64,000 nt of DNA from an uncultured Candidatus Binatia bacterium (GTDB taxonomy: Bacteria; Desulfobacterota; Binatia; UBA9968; JAJDTQ01), in the NCBI GenBank assembly GCA_965242525.1, contig OZ251459.1:2144001-2208000 (forward strand). Reading direction: 5' to 3'. Every line of letters begins with the position of its first letter. The first letter of the stretch is position 1. The notes below the pieces were generated by a model, which saw nothing but the letters and a program-made list of their open reading frames with translations, made no database searches and was not told where the DNA came from. The position numbers were made by a program, and so were the translations under genes. This document shows positions 19,371-31,929 of the stretch, piece after piece.

Positions 19371-20525
19371 ATGGAACCCTTCTCGCTCTACGTCCACATC
19401 CCCTACTGCGTCAGCAAGTGCCCCTACTGTGACTTCAACTCCCACGTGGCCGCCCGCATCCCCGAGGGGGAGTACACCGGCGCCGTGGCCCGGGAGCTGC
19501 GCCATCATGCCGGTTCGGAGCGGTGGGCCAACCGGTCCGTCAGGACGGTCTTCTTCGGCGGCGGCACGCCTTCGACCTTCCACGGGGACAGCATCGCCGC
19601 GCTGCTCGACCAGGCCGCCGGGCTGTTCCGCTTCGAGGAGCGGATGGAGGTCACGCTGGAAGCGAACCCCGGGGCCGCGGACGCCGGCCGGTTCCGGGAC
19701 TACCGGGGCTGCGGCGTCAACCGCATCAGCGTCGGCGCCCAGACCTTCGACCCCGGGCTGCTGCGGTTCCTCGGCCGCAGCCACGGGGCCGCGGAGACGC
19801 GCCGCGCGCTGGAGGGCGTCCGGGACGCAGGCTTCGACAACTTCAGCCTCGACCTGATCTACGCGGTCCCGGGGCAGACCGTGGACGGCGTGGACCGGGA
19901 CCTCAAGCTGGCCCTGGAAAGCCGGCCGCCCCACCTGTCCGCCTACAACCTCACCATCGAGGAAGGGACGCCCTTCCACGCCCGCTACCGCCAGGGCCGG
20001 CTGCGCCCGCTGGACGAAGAGACCGAGGTCGAGATGGCCCGGCGCATCGACCTCACCCTCGCCCGGGCCGGGCTGCGGCGGTACGAGATCTCCAACTACG
20101 CGCGCCCGGGCTTCGAATCGCGCCACAACGTCAACTACTGGGAGGGCGGCGACTACCTCGGCGTGGGCGCCGGCGCCCACAGCCATTACCGAAGGCCCGG
20201 AGACCCCCTGGGCGAGCGCTGGCAGAACGAGCGGTCCCCCGCGGCCTACATGCAGCGCACGCGCGAAGACGGCCACGCGGTCACCCAACGCGAGCGTCCG
20301 GGACCGCGCCAGGCCATGGCGGAACACCTGTTCACCGGGCTGCGGATGATCGAAGGGGTCCCGGTCCCCGCCTTCCGGCGCCGTTTCGGGACCACGCCCC
20401 GGGACGCTTTCCCCGCGGTCGGGGAGTGGCTCGGCGACGGCCTCCTGGCCGAAGAAGGCCAACGCCTCCGCTTCGCGCCCGAAGGGCTGCTGCTGGCGGA
20501 CGAACTCTTCCTTCGACTCGTGTGA
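19371..20525 (+). CDS. hemW: Radical SAM heme chaperone HemW
   Basis: LYVHIPYCVSKCPYCDFNS, FGGGTPS, YEISNY, HNVNYW. Confidence 0.9.
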   Translation: MEPFSLYVHIPYCVSKCPYCDFNSHVAARIPEGEYTGAVARELRHHAGSERWANRSVRTVFFGGGTPSTFHGDSIAALLDQAAGLFRFEERMEVTLEANPGAADAGRFRDYRGCGVNRISVGAQTFDPGLLRFLGRSHGAAETRRALEGVRDAGFDNFSLDLIYAVPGQTVDGVDRDLKLALESRPPHLSAYNLTIEEGTPFHARYRQGRLRPLDEETEVEMARRIDLTLARAGLRRYEISNYARPGFESRHNVNYWEGGDYLGVGAGAHSHYRRPGDPLGERWQNERSPAAYMQRTREDGHAVTQRERPGPRQAMAEHLFTGLRMIEGVPVPAFRRRFGTTPRDAFPAVGEWLGDGLLAEEGQRLRFAPEGLLLADELFLRLV

Positions 20526-20608
20526 ACGGAGGCTCGCCGGTCATCCGGCCGGGCGGCAACGCGCGTCCGGGCGGAAGCCGCTGCCGGGGGCCGTCAGGCG
20601 CCCACCCG

Positions 20609-21883
20609 TCACGTGCCCATCTCCCAGGAGGACAGGTAACGCTTCTGTTCCCGGGTGAGCTTGTCGATCCGGGCGCCCATGGCGGCGAGCTTGAGGCTCG
20701 CCACCCACTCCACCAGGGACGAGGGGACGTCATGGACCCGGGCCGACAGCTCGTCCCCCTGCTCGACCGCCCATTCGGAGGCCAGGGCCTGGGTTGCGAA
20801 GCTCATGTCCATGACCGAGGCCGGATGGCCTTCGGCCGCGGCCAGGTTCACCAGTCGGCCTTCGCCGAGCAGGAACAGGCGCTTCCCCCCGGGCAGGGTG
20901 TAGCAGTCCACGTGGTTCCTCACGTTGCGCTCGCGCTTCACCGCCATCTCGGTGAGGCCCTCGATGTCGATCTCGATGTCGAAGTGGCCGGAGTTGCAGA
21001 TGACGGCGCCGTCCTTCATGGCCCGCAGGTGCTCCTTGCGGATCACGTGCATGTCCCCGGTCAGGGTGATGAAGAGGTCGCCGGTCCGGGCGGCATCCTT
21101 CATGGGCATCACGTCGAAGCCGTCCATGGACGCCTCCAGGGCGCGCACCGGATCCACTTCGGTGACCGCCACCCTGGCCCCCATGCCCCGGGCCCGGGAC
21201 GCCACGCCCCGGCCGCACCAGCCGTAGCCGGCCACCACCACCCGTTTGCCGGCCAGCAGCACGTCCGTGGCCCGGATGACGCCGTCGATGGTGGACTGGC
21301 CGGTGCCGTAGCGGTTGTCGAACAGGTGCTTGGTGGCGGCGTCGTTGACCGCGATGATGGGGATCCTGAGGGCCCCGTTGGCCTCCAGGGCGCGCAGCCG
21401 GATGACCCCGGTGGTGGTCTCCTCCATGGACGCCACCATGCCGGAGGCCAGGTGGGCGTACTCCTGGTGCAGCATGGACACCAGGTCGGCGCCGTCGTCC
21501 ATGGTGATGACGGGCCGGTGGTCCAGCGCCGCCCGCAGGTGCCGGTAGTAGGTGTCGTGGTCCTCGCCGCGCACCGCGAACACCGGCACGCGCTCCTTCT
21601 TCACAAGGGCCGCGGCCACGTCGTCCTGGGTCGAAAGCGGGTTGGACGCGCACAGCGCCACGTCCGCGCCCCCGGCCTTCAACGTGCGCACGAGGTTGGC
21701 GGTCTCCGCGGTGACGTGGAGGCAGGCCGAGAAGCGCAGGCCCTTCAGGGGCTTCTCCTGCTCGAACCGGGCGCGCACGCTCCGCAGCACCGGCATCTCC
21801 TGGTCCGCCCACAGCACCCGCTTCCAACCGTCCGCGGCAAGGCCCGGGTCCGCCACGTCGAACTGCAACTTCGATCTCGCCAT
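20609..21883 (-). CDS. ahcY: Adenosylhomocysteinase
   Basis: CLHVTAETA, SNPLSTQD, EETTTGV, FDNRYGTGQS, GRLVNL, GHP. Confidence 0.97.
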   Translation of the reverse strand: MARSKLQFDVADPGLAADGWKRVLWADQEMPVLRSVRARFEQEKPLKGLRFSACLHVTAETANLVRTLKAGGADVALCASNPLSTQDDVAAALVKKERVPVFAVRGEDHDTYYRHLRAALDHRPVITMDDGADLVSMLHQEYAHLASGMVASMEETTTGVIRLRALEANGALRIPIIAVNDAATKHLFDNRYGTGQSTIDGVIRATDVLLAGKRVVVAGYGWCGRGVASRARGMGARVAVTEVDPVRALEASMDGFDVMPMKDAARTGDLFITLTGDMHVIRKEHLRAMKDGAVICNSGHFDIEIDIEGLTEMAVKRERNVRNHVDCYTLPGGKRLFLLGEGRLVNLAAAEGHPASVMDMSFATQALASEWAVEQGDELSARVHDVPSSLVEWVASLKLAAMGARIDKLTREQKRYLSSWEMGT

Positions 21884-21965
21884 GTTCCTCTCCCTCTCCG
21901 GCGGCCCGCGCGCACCGGGGCCGCCCGACGGTCACCGCCGGAAGGGCGCCGGGTGGGTCTCCAGC

Positions 21966-23141
21966 CTATTCTTCGAGTCCGCTCTTCAGGCCCGCCGCCC
22001 GGTCGGTCCGTTCCCACGTGAACAGGCCGTCCTCCGGGTTGCGGCCGAAATGGCCGTAGGCCGCGGACTTCTGGTAGATGGGCGCTCGCAGCTTCAGGGC
22101 TTCGATGATCCCCTTGGGGGTGAGCTCGAAATGCTCCCGCACCAGCCTCGCGATCTCGCGGTCCGGGGCCACGCCGGTGCCGAAGGTGTCGATGGCGATG
22201 GACACCGGCTCCGCCACGCCGATGACGTAGGCGAGCTGGATCTCGCAACGCCGGGCGAGGCCCGCGGCCACCACGTTCTTGGCCACGTAGCGGGCCACGT
22301 AGGCCGCGCTCCGATCGACCTTGGAAGGGTCCTTGCCCGAGAACGCGCCGCCGCCGTGGCGCCCCATGCCGCCGTAGGTGTCCACGATGATCTTGCGTCC
22401 CGTAAGGCCGCAGTCGGCCTGGGGGCCTCCGATCTCGAAGCTGCCGGTGGGGTTCACCAGGAACTGCGTGCGGTCGTCCAGGTATCCGGCCGGCACCACC
22501 GCCCGGACGACGCTGTCGATGATGGTCTCCCGGAGCTTGTCGTAGGGGACCTCCGGGACGTGCTGGGTGGAAACCACCACGTTGCTGACCCGGTGCGGCC
22601 TGCCGTCCCGGTACTCGACGCTGACCTGGGACTTGGAATCGGGCCGAAGGAAAGGCGCCTCCCCCGACTTCCTGACCTTGGCCAGGTAGCTCACCAGGTT
22701 GTGGGCGAGCTGGATCGGCAGGGGCATCAACTCATCGGTGTCGTCGCAGGCGTAGCCGAACATCATTCCCTGGTCGCCCGCGCCCTGCTCCTTGAACAGC
22801 CCCTGGCCTTCCGTGACCCCCTGGGAGATGTTGGGGGACTGGCGCTCCAAGTGCACGAGGACCTTGCACGTGTTGCCGTCGAAGCCCTTGGCCGGGTCGT
22901 CGTAGCCGATGTCCAGCGCCACCCGGCGCGCCACGCTCTCGTAATCCACCTTGCCCTTGCTGGTGATCTCCCCGGCGATGACCACCAGGTCGTTCTTGAC
23001 CAGGGTCTCGCATGCGACCCGGCTGTCGGGGTCCTCCGCCAGGTGGGCGTCGAGGACCGCGTCCGATATCTGGTCGCACATCTTGTCGGGGTGCCCCTCC
23101 GAGACCGATTCCGAGGTAAAGACAAAATCTTTGTTCGTCAT
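21966..23141 (-). CDS. metK: S-adenosylmethionine synthetase
   Basis: [35 protein letters not shown]. Confidence 0.98.
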   Translation of the reverse strand: MTNKDFVFTSESVSEGHPDKMCDQISDAVLDAHLAEDPDSRVACETLVKNDLVVIAGEITSKGKVDYESVARRVALDIGYDDPAKGFDGNTCKVLVHLERQSPNISQGVTEGQGLFKEQGAGDQGMMFGYACDDTDELMPLPIQLAHNLVSYLAKVRKSGEAPFLRPDSKSQVSVEYRDGRPHRVSNVVVSTQHVPEVPYDKLRETIIDSVVRAVVPAGYLDDRTQFLVNPTGSFEIGGPQADCGLTGRKIIVDTYGGMGRHGGGAFSGKDPSKVDRSAAYVARYVAKNVVAAGLARRCEIQLAYVIGVAEPVSIAIDTFGTGVAPDREIARLVREHFELTPKGIIEALKLRAPIYQKSAAYGHFGRNPEDGLFTWERTDRAAGLKSGLEE

Positions 23142-23180
23142 GGATGTTCCCTGTCCGGCCCTTCCTTCCCGGAAGGGCCG

Positions 23181-23462
23181 CTAGTCACTCTCGCGAAACT
23201 TGTCGTCGATGAGCTGCTCGATGGCGAGCATCGCTTCCCGGGCGTCGTCCCCCCTGGTCTCGACGCGGATCTTGCTCCCCTTGGCGGCTCCCAGAGTCAG
23301 CACGCCCATGATGCTGCGCGCGTCCACCACGTTGTCGTCCTTGGAGATCTTCACCTCCGAGGAGAACCGGTTCACGGTCTGCACCAGCAACGCGGACGCC
23401 CGGGCGTGCATCCCGAGGCGGTTCTTTATCTCGATCCTCTTCTTGACGCGGTGCATGGGCAT
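23181..23462 (-). CDS. ptsH: Phosphocarrier protein HPr
   Basis: NRLGMHARAS (His15) and DARSIMGVL (Ser46); start approximate. Confidence 0.92.
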   Translation of the reverse strand: MPMHRVKKRIEIKNRLGMHARASALLVQTVNRFSSEVKISKDDNVVDARSIMGVLTLGAAKGSKIRVETRGDDAREAMLAIEQLIDDKFRESD

Positions 23463-23544
23463 GGGCCAGCGTCCCGGCTCCCCGGCCGGGCGCGCCGCGG
23501 CCTCCAACCCACTAGCAAAAAACCGGGCGGGAAGAAACCGCGGG

Positions 23545-24006
23545 TCACAGGTCCCGTTCCTTCTCCTCGATCAGGCTCACCACTTCCTCCGGGGTCTCCA
23601 CGCGCATGAGGCGTTCCCGCAGCCCGGCGTCCTTCACCAGCCGCGACACCCGCGCCAGGGCGTTGAGGTGCTCGGAAGTCGATCCTTCGGGCGCAACCAG
23701 CAGGAAGAAGATGTGGGTCGGGGCGCCGTCCTGGGCGTCGAAATCGACCCCTTCCGCACTGCGGGCGAAGGCGACGAACAAGCGCTCCAGCCCCGGGAGC
23801 TTGCCGTGGGGTATGGCGACTCCTTCCCCGATGGCGGTGCTGCATATCCTCTCCCGGGCACGGATCACCTCGAGCAGCCGCTGCGAGTCCTCGAACCCGT
23901 AGTGCCTCGACACCCGGGTCACCATCTCTTCCAGGACAGCGCCCTTGTCCCGCGCCCGGAGGCTCGGAATCACCGCTTCCGGGTCCAGAACGTCCGTGAT
24001 TCGCAA
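23545..24006 (-). CDS. ptsN: PTS EIIA, nitrogen-regulatory type
   Basis: RERICSTAIGEGVAIPHGK, HLNALARVSR; TTG start with GGAGG upstream. Confidence 0.88.
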   Translation of the reverse strand: MRITDVLDPEAVIPSLRARDKGAVLEEMVTRVSRHYGFEDSQRLLEVIRARERICSTAIGEGVAIPHGKLPGLERLFVAFARSAEGVDFDAQDGAPTHIFFLLVAPEGSTSEHLNALARVSRLVKDAGLRERLMRVETPEEVVSLIEEKERDL

Positions 24007-24050
24007 CCGCCACCCTCCTTTCCGGGGCTGCCGCGCCCGGCCCGCCGGCG

Positions 24051-25493
24051 TCAGCCGGAGCGGACCCGACGGCTCGCCAACGGCTCCCGTCTCCGGGACG
24101 AAGGCAGAATCCCCAGTTGGTCCCGATATTTTGCCACCGTACGGCGCGCAATGTCGATGCCGAGGTCCGCGAGCGCGCCCGCGATCTCCTGGTCGCTCAG
24201 GGGCTTCCCGGGGTCCTCGGACTCCACCATCGTCTTGATCCGGTCCCGGACCGACTCCGAGGAGACCACACCGGAGCCCCCGTTGTGGGGTATCCCGCTC
24301 TGGAAGAAGAACTTCAACTCGAAGACGCCCTGGGGGGTGAACGCGTACTTGTTGGAGGTGGCGCGGCTGACCGTGGACTGGTGCATGCCGATCTCCGCGG
24401 CCACGTCGCGCAGCACCAGCGGCCTGAGACGGGCGACGCCGTGGTCCAGGAACTCGCGCTGGAAGCCGAAGATGCTCTCGCTCACGCGGTAGAGGGTCTG
24501 CTGGCGCCAGTGGACGCTCTTGATCAACCACATGGCCGCCCGGACCTTCGCCTCCAGGTATTCCCTGGCCTTGCGCGCCTCTTCCCCCTTCTCCCGGGCC
24601 AGGCGCCGCACCAGCGGACTCACCCGCAAGGGCGGGACGCCGTCGTCGTTCAGGGAAACCGCGTACTCGCCTCCCACCTTCTGGACCACCACGTCGGGGA
24701 CGATGGCGCGGACCTCGCCGTCGTCGAACCCGCGAGCCGGCTTGGGCTCCAGGCAGGCGATGAGGCGGGCCGCCTCCACCACCTGGTCCAGGCTCGCCCC
24801 GAGGCCGTCGGCGATCCTCTCGTACTGCCGGTACTCCAACTCGTGCAGGTGGTTCGCCACCATGCGGGCGGCCAGGCCGTCCTTCATTCCGGCGTTGCGG
24901 AGCTGCGCCAGCAGGCACTCGCGCAGGTCCCGGGCGGCGATGCCCACCGGGTCGAAGGACTGGACACGGGCCAGGACGTCCTCCACCGCGCCGGGGTCCG
25001 CCCGAGCCAACTCGCCGACCTCCTCCACGGACGCCTCCAGGTAGCCCCGTTCGTCCAGGTTGCCGATGATGAACATCCCGATGCTCTCGCCCGCGTGGTC
25101 CAGCCCGGCCATGCGGAGTTGCCACAACAGGTGCTCCTGCAGCGTCTCCTTGCGGGTGACGGTGTCCTCCAGCGACGGGAAGTCCTCGTCCTCCCGGGCC
25201 GCCTCGGGACTCCCCATGTCGTGGCGCGAGTTGGCGTTCAGGTAGTCCTGCCACTCCAGGATGCGGTCGGTGACCGTGGCGTCGGGGGTCGATTCGGGCT
25301 CCCGGACCATTTCCGGGGCGCCGTCGTCCTCGCCGGGGGCTTCCTCCAGGGCGGGGTTCTCCTGCAACTCCTGGGAGACCCGCTGCTGGAGGTCGAGATG
25401 GGACAACTGGAGCAGCTTGATGGCCTGCTGCAACTGGGGCGTCATCACCAGTTGCGGCGCGAGCTTCTGGGAGAGCTTGATCTCGAGCGCCAT
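24051..25493 (-). CDS. rpoN: RNA polymerase sigma-54 factor
   Basis: MTPQLQQAIKLLQL, HQSTVSRAT, RpoN box ARRTVAKYR. Confidence 0.97.
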   Translation of the reverse strand: MALEIKLSQKLAPQLVMTPQLQQAIKLLQLSHLDLQQRVSQELQENPALEEAPGEDDGAPEMVREPESTPDATVTDRILEWQDYLNANSRHDMGSPEAAREDEDFPSLEDTVTRKETLQEHLLWQLRMAGLDHAGESIGMFIIGNLDERGYLEASVEEVGELARADPGAVEDVLARVQSFDPVGIAARDLRECLLAQLRNAGMKDGLAARMVANHLHELEYRQYERIADGLGASLDQVVEAARLIACLEPKPARGFDDGEVRAIVPDVVVQKVGGEYAVSLNDDGVPPLRVSPLVRRLAREKGEEARKAREYLEAKVRAAMWLIKSVHWRQQTLYRVSESIFGFQREFLDHGVARLRPLVLRDVAAEIGMHQSTVSRATSNKYAFTPQGVFELKFFFQSGIPHNGGSGVVSSESVRDRIKTMVESEDPGKPLSDQEIAGALADLGIDIARRTVAKYRDQLGILPSSRRREPLASRRVRSG

Positions 25494-25511
25494 CCCGGTG
25501 TCCCGCCTCCG

Positions 25512-26234
25512 CTACAGGCTGAACCCCTCGCCCAGATAGACCTTGCGGGCCTCGTCGCTGGAAGCGATGTGGCCCGGGGTCCCCTCGGCGAGCACCACCC
25601 CCCGGCTCAGGATGTAGGCCCGGGTGCAGAGCCGGAGGGTCTCCCTGACGTTATGGTCCGTGATGAGTATGCCGATGCCGGACTCGGTGAGCCGCCGGAT
25701 GACCGACTCGATGTCCGCCAGGGCGATGGGGTCCACCCCGGTGAAGGGCTCGTCCAGGAGCACGAAGAAAGGCGACAGCACCAGCGCCCGGGCGATTTCC
25801 ACGCGCCGCCGCTCGCCGCCGGACAGGGTGTCGGCCCTCCGGTCGGCCAAGTGGACGAGGCCGAACGTCCCCAGGAGCCGGCGGCTCCGTTCCTCCTCCT
25901 CTTCCTTGCCGAGCCGCAGGGTCTCCAGTATGGCCAACAGGTTCTGCCTGACCGTCAGGCCCCGGAACACCGAAGACTCCTGGGGCAGGTAGCTGATGCC
26001 GGCCCTGGCCCGACGGTAGATGGGCGCCGCGGTCAGGTCGGTCCCGTTGAGGGCGACCTTCCCTTCGTCGGCCCGGACCAGGCCGATCACGATGTGGAAC
26101 AGGGTGGTCTTGCCCGCCCCGTTGGGACCCAGGAGCCCCACGACCTCGCCACCGTGGACCTCCAGCGTGACCCGGTCCACCACACGCCGCCCCTGATATG
26201 CCTTGACGATTCCTTCCGCGTTGAGAACGCTCAT
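25512..26234 (-). CDS. lptB: LPS export ABC ATPase
   Basis: GPNGAGKT, LSGGERRRVEIARAL, ITDHNVRETL. Confidence 0.95.
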   Translation of the reverse strand: MSVLNAEGIVKAYQGRRVVDRVTLEVHGGEVVGLLGPNGAGKTTLFHIVIGLVRADEGKVALNGTDLTAAPIYRRARAGISYLPQESSVFRGLTVRQNLLAILETLRLGKEEEEERSRRLLGTFGLVHLADRRADTLSGGERRRVEIARALVLSPFFVLLDEPFTGVDPIALADIESVIRRLTESGIGILITDHNVRETLRLCTRAYILSRGVVLAEGTPGHIASSDEARKVYLGEGFSL

Positions 26235-26255
26235 GGGGGAGCTACCCGGCGGGCC

Positions 26256-26840
26256 TCAACGGTTCCACTGGCCGGGAAAGATGACCGCCTTGACCCGTCC
26301 GCCGCGGTTCTCGACGACGCTGCGGTCCTCTTTCAGGTAGATGGTGACGCGGCCGCCCGAGACGCTGTTGTCGCCGTCGCGCATGACCGTGTTCCCGGAC
26401 ACGGTGATGGTCTCGTTCGAGTCGTCGAAAACCGCCTTGTCGCCGGTCATCTCGCGGGCGCCCTGGCTCACCCGCACCTTCCCTTCGGCCACCACGGTCT
26501 TCAACGATCCGTCCCCGGGGTCGTAGCGCGCCGACAGGACGTCGCTGCGGATCTTCACGTCGCCCCGCTCCGCCAGCACGTTCCCCCTATAGACGATGAG
26601 GTTCTCCTTGCGGCGGAGCTCCATGCGGTCCGCGGTGATCACCAGGGGCGACTCCCGGTCCGGGGCGGCGCGGCCCGGGGCCGGCTTCGGGGCGTCCGGG
26701 CCGTCGTCCGCGGCCCAGCCCGCGGGACCCGCGGCGTGGAGCGCAACCAGCACCGCAAGACACGCCAACCGCCATCGCCGTCCCGGGCCGGACGGCTTCC
26801 CGTGAGGGACCTCCGTTCCGTGAGTCGTGGGGCGCTTCAT
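26256..26840 (-). CDS. lptA: LPS transport periplasmic protein LptA
   Basis: Signal-like hydrophobic stretch, ITADRM..YRGNV, GRVKAVI; position between lptC and lptB. Confidence 0.85.
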   Translation of the reverse strand: MKRPTTHGTEVPHGKPSGPGRRWRLACLAVLVALHAAGPAGWAADDGPDAPKPAPGRAAPDRESPLVITADRMELRRKENLIVYRGNVLAERGDVKIRSDVLSARYDPGDGSLKTVVAEGKVRVSQGAREMTGDKAVFDDSNETITVSGNTVMRDGDNSVSGGRVTIYLKEDRSVVENRGGRVKAVIFPGQWNR

Positions 26841-26862
26841 GGAGCCGTACCCGGTCCTCCGG

Positions 26863-27456
26863 TCAACTCCCGGCCACGTTCGCCAGGACCGGGCGCCGCG
26901 GCGGAAGGGTGGTCCTGACCGCGCCCCGGACCTCCAGGACCTCGTCCCGGAGCGAATAGCTCATGTCCCGGCCCTCGAACTCCACCCCGTCCACCCTGGC
27001 CCGGAACTTGCCGGGGCAGACCACCCGCTCCTCGGCGTGGAGGTAGATGAGCCGGTCGGCCCGGAACCGCGCGTTGTCGTAGGTCACGTCCACCGGACCT
27101 TCCAGCACCGCCCGTCCCAGTCGGCCGCGGGGAAGGAACACTTTCCCCTCCGGGCTCGCGGCTTCCAGGGTCTTGCCGTCCGGATGGTGGAACACCAGTT
27201 CCGGGCGCACGATCACCGCCCTTTCCTCGGACTCGTACCAGGCGCCTTCGGCGCCCTTGACCTCCCAGGTCTTCCGTCCGTCCTCGATCATGCTCCGATG
27301 GAAGTCCTTGACGTGCAGGGCCGCTCCCGGGGTGAGTTGCAACAGGGCCCGGGGATCCGGAAGCGCCTGCCCCCGCATGTGCCGCGCGACCTCGACGACC
27401 ACGAAGGCCACGCCCAGAGCCGTGGCCAGCAAGAGTCCTGTCCTTACGGACCGCAT
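26863..27456 (-). CDS. lptC: LPS export protein LptC
   Basis: N-terminal TM segment, beta-rich WEVKGAEG region, synteny. Confidence 0.75.
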   Translation of the reverse strand: MRSVRTGLLLATALGVAFVVVEVARHMRGQALPDPRALLQLTPGAALHVKDFHRSMIEDGRKTWEVKGAEGAWYESEERAVIVRPELVFHHPDGKTLEAASPEGKVFLPRGRLGRAVLEGPVDVTYDNARFRADRLIYLHAEERVVCPGKFRARVDGVEFEGRDMSYSLRDEVLEVRGAVRTTLPPRRPVLANVAGS

Positions 27457-27599
27457 ACGTTCGACCTGCGGGCATTCCCCCGCACGACGCCCTGCCGGTT
27501 TCGGGATAACAGTTCCGCGGTGGAGTGTAAAGCAACGGGCATGGGAACGGGCATGGAATTTGCTTGAACGCCCCGGGTCCGCGGGCGGCGCCCGGGGGG

Positions 27600-28586
27600 T
27601 CAGACCACGCCGGCCTTGAGGAGGTCGTGGAGGTGGATGATCCCCTGGGGCCGGTCCGAGTCGGGAGCCTTGACGAAGAGGGAGGTGATGGAGAACCTTT
27701 CCATCAACGCCACCGCTTCCGCGGCCAGCGCCTCGCCGCCGATGGTCTTGGGGTCCCGGGTCATGATCTCCCCGGCCGTGCAGTCGAGGACGTCCGCCTT
27801 GCCGCCGCTCCGAGCGAGGCAGCGTCTCAGGTCCCCGTCGGTGATGATCCCCGCCAGCGCGCGGTTTCGGGTCACGACCCCGGTGACCCCCAGGCGCTTG
27901 GACGTGATCTCCAGCAGCACGTCCCTGAGCGGCGTGTCTTCGCCGACCAGGGGTATTTCCTCGCCCCGATGCATCAGGTCCCCGGTGCGAAGGAGCAGCT
28001 TCCGGCCCAACGCGCCGCCGGGGTGCCGGAGCAGGAAGTCCTCCTTCCCGAACCCCCGGCGCTCCAGCAGCACCACCGCAAGGGCGTCCCCCATGGCCAG
28101 GGCCGCGGTAGTGCTCGCGGTGGGCGACAGCCCCAGGGGGCAGGCTTCCTCGGGGACCCCCACGTCCAGGACCACGTCCGCGGCCAAGGCCAGGGCCGAA
28201 CGTCCGTTGCCGGTCATGGCGATGAGCTTGAGTCCCCAACGCTTGACGAAGGGCAGGACCTTCAGCACCTCTTCGGACTCGCCGCTGTTGGACACCGCCA
28301 GGACCACGTCGTCCCGCATGATCATGCCCAGGTCCCCGTGGCTGGCTTCCCCGGCGTGGAGGAAGAAGGCGGGGGCGCCGGTGCTCGCCAGCGTGGCGGC
28401 GATCTTGCGGCAGACGAGGCCCGACTTGCCCACGCCCGTCACGATGACCTTGCCGGGACAGCCGCGGAGGATCTCCACCGCCCGGGCGAACTCTTCGCCC
28501 ATGCGGTCCCTGGCCGCGGCGATCCCGCGGATCTCCATGTCCAGCACGTCACGGGCCTTGCGGACCGCGTCCGGCGCCCCGCCCAT
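27600..28586 (-). CDS. kdsD: Arabinose-5-phosphate isomerase (KpsF/GutQ)
   Basis: GVGKSG, HGDLG, EACPLGLSPTAST, HPGGALG, two CBS domains. Confidence 0.93.
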   Translation of the reverse strand: MGGAPDAVRKARDVLDMEIRGIAAARDRMGEEFARAVEILRGCPGKVIVTGVGKSGLVCRKIAATLASTGAPAFFLHAGEASHGDLGMIMRDDVVLAVSNSGESEEVLKVLPFVKRWGLKLIAMTGNGRSALALAADVVLDVGVPEEACPLGLSPTASTTAALAMGDALAVVLLERRGFGKEDFLLRHPGGALGRKLLLRTGDLMHRGEEIPLVGEDTPLRDVLLEITSKRLGVTGVVTRNRALAGIITDGDLRRCLARSGGKADVLDCTAGEIMTRDPKTIGGEALAAEAVALMERFSITSLFVKAPDSDRPQGIIHLHDLLKAGVV

Positions 28587-28587
28587 G

Positions 28588-29420
28588 TCATCCGCTCCCG
28601 TGTTGCTTGACCCGGCGGTCGATGTCCTTGACGGTCCGCAGCAACTCGTCCAGGCCGGACAGGGGGAAGGAGGTGGGGCCGTCGCTCAGCGCCCGATCCG
28701 GGTCTTCGTGCACTTCCATGAAGAGGCCGTCCACCCCCACCGCCACCCCCGCCCGGGCGAGGGGCGCGATGAACCGCCGGTCGCCGCCCGACGCCCGGCC
28801 CAGGCCGCCGGGAAGCTGCAAGCTGTGGGTTGCGTCGAAGACCACCGGGAAACCCGTGTCCCGCATGATGACCAGCGAGCGCATGTCCGACACCAGGTTG
28901 TTGTAGCCGAAGGAGGCCCCGCGCTCGGTCAGCAGCACGTTGGCGTTGCCCGCGGCCACGATCTTGGCCGCCACGTTCTCCACGTCCCAGGGAGCGAGGA
29001 ACTGGCCCTTCTTCACGTTGACGACCTTGGCGGCCCGGGCCACTCCCGCGACGAAGTCGGTCTGCCGGCAGAGGAACGCGGGGATCTGGACCACGTCCGC
29101 CACTTCCGCGGCCGGCCCCACCTGGTCGGGCTCGTGCACGTCCGTGAGCACCGGGACCCCCAACTCCCGCTTCACCTCCTGCAGTATGCGCAACCCTTCG
29201 TCGAGGCCCGGACCCCGGAACGATTCCAGCGAAGTGCGGTTGGCCTTGTCGTAGGACGACTTGTAGATGAACGGGATGTCCAGGCGCCGGGTCAGCTCGC
29301 GCAGGTACGACGCGTGCCGGAACGCCGAGTCCCGGTCCTCGATGACGCACGAACCGGCGATCAGGGCCAGCGGCCGGCCGCCGCCCACCCGGACCTCGCC
29401 GATGCGGACCTCGCCGGCGC

Positions 29421-29424
<4 letters not shown>
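28588..29424 (-). CDS. kdsA: KDO 8-phosphate synthase
   Basis: [35 protein letters not shown]. Confidence 0.96.
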
Positions 29425-31071
<1,647 letters not shown>

Positions 31072-31079
<8 letters not shown>

Positions 31080-31827
31080 GGCCCTCACTCGCCCGGACTC
31101 GGCTCCAGTAGGCCTCCGCCCGTTCCAGGTCCTCCGGCGTATCGACTTCCACCCCCGTCTCCGCGGCGTCCACGACCCGGATGCGGAAACCGTAGTGCAG
31201 GACGCGCAACTGCTCCAACCCCTCGGCCAGCTCCGCCGCCGCCGCGGGCATGGAGGCGATGCGCAGCAGGAACTCCCGCCGATAGACGTAGATGCCCAGG
31301 TGGCGATGGCCCCAGCATACGGGCTCCGCGGGCGGCGTCCGGGGCCAGGGGATCGGCGCCCGGGAGAAATAGCACGCGAAGCCGTCCCGGTCGGTCACCA
31401 CCTTGACCACGTTCACGTCGCGGAACTCGCGCTCCGAGGCGATGGGGGTGCGCGCGGTCGCCATGGGCGCGGCCGGGTCCCGCACCAGGCAATCGACGCT
31501 CTCGCGGATGGTCTCCGTCCGAATGAACGGAAGGTCCCCCTGGACGTTGACGATCCACTCCGCCCGGAGGTCTCCGGCGACCTCGGCCAGGCGGTCGGTG
31601 CCGCTCGCGTGGTCCCCGGATGTCATTACCGCCTCTCCGCCAAAGCCCCGCACCGCGTCCAGGATGCGCGGGTCGTCGGTGGCCACCAGGGTGCGGCGGA
31701 CCAGGGGCGCGTTGGCCGTGCTCTCGTACACGTGCTGGATCATCGGCTTGGCGCCGATCCTGGCCAGGGGTTTTCCGGGGAACCGCGTCGATCCGTAACG
31801 CGCCGGTATGATCGCTACGACGGACAT
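31072..31827 (-). CDS. kdsB: CMP-KDO synthetase
   Basis: [30 protein letters not shown]. Confidence 0.95.
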
Positions 31828-31929
31828 GGGGTTCGACGCGACGGCAGGCAGCGAGGGGACGCCCCGACGCCGGATACGCCGATGGTCCGCGGCATCATAT
31901 CCCCGGCCCGTGGAAACTGTCAAACCGAA

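Noticed and set aside
24117-26918. Long + strand ORFs (also 12645-14282, 16186-18105, 29520-31406, 33432-36032)
   Set aside because: Antisense shadows of well-supported minus-strand genes in GC-rich DNA; no motifs
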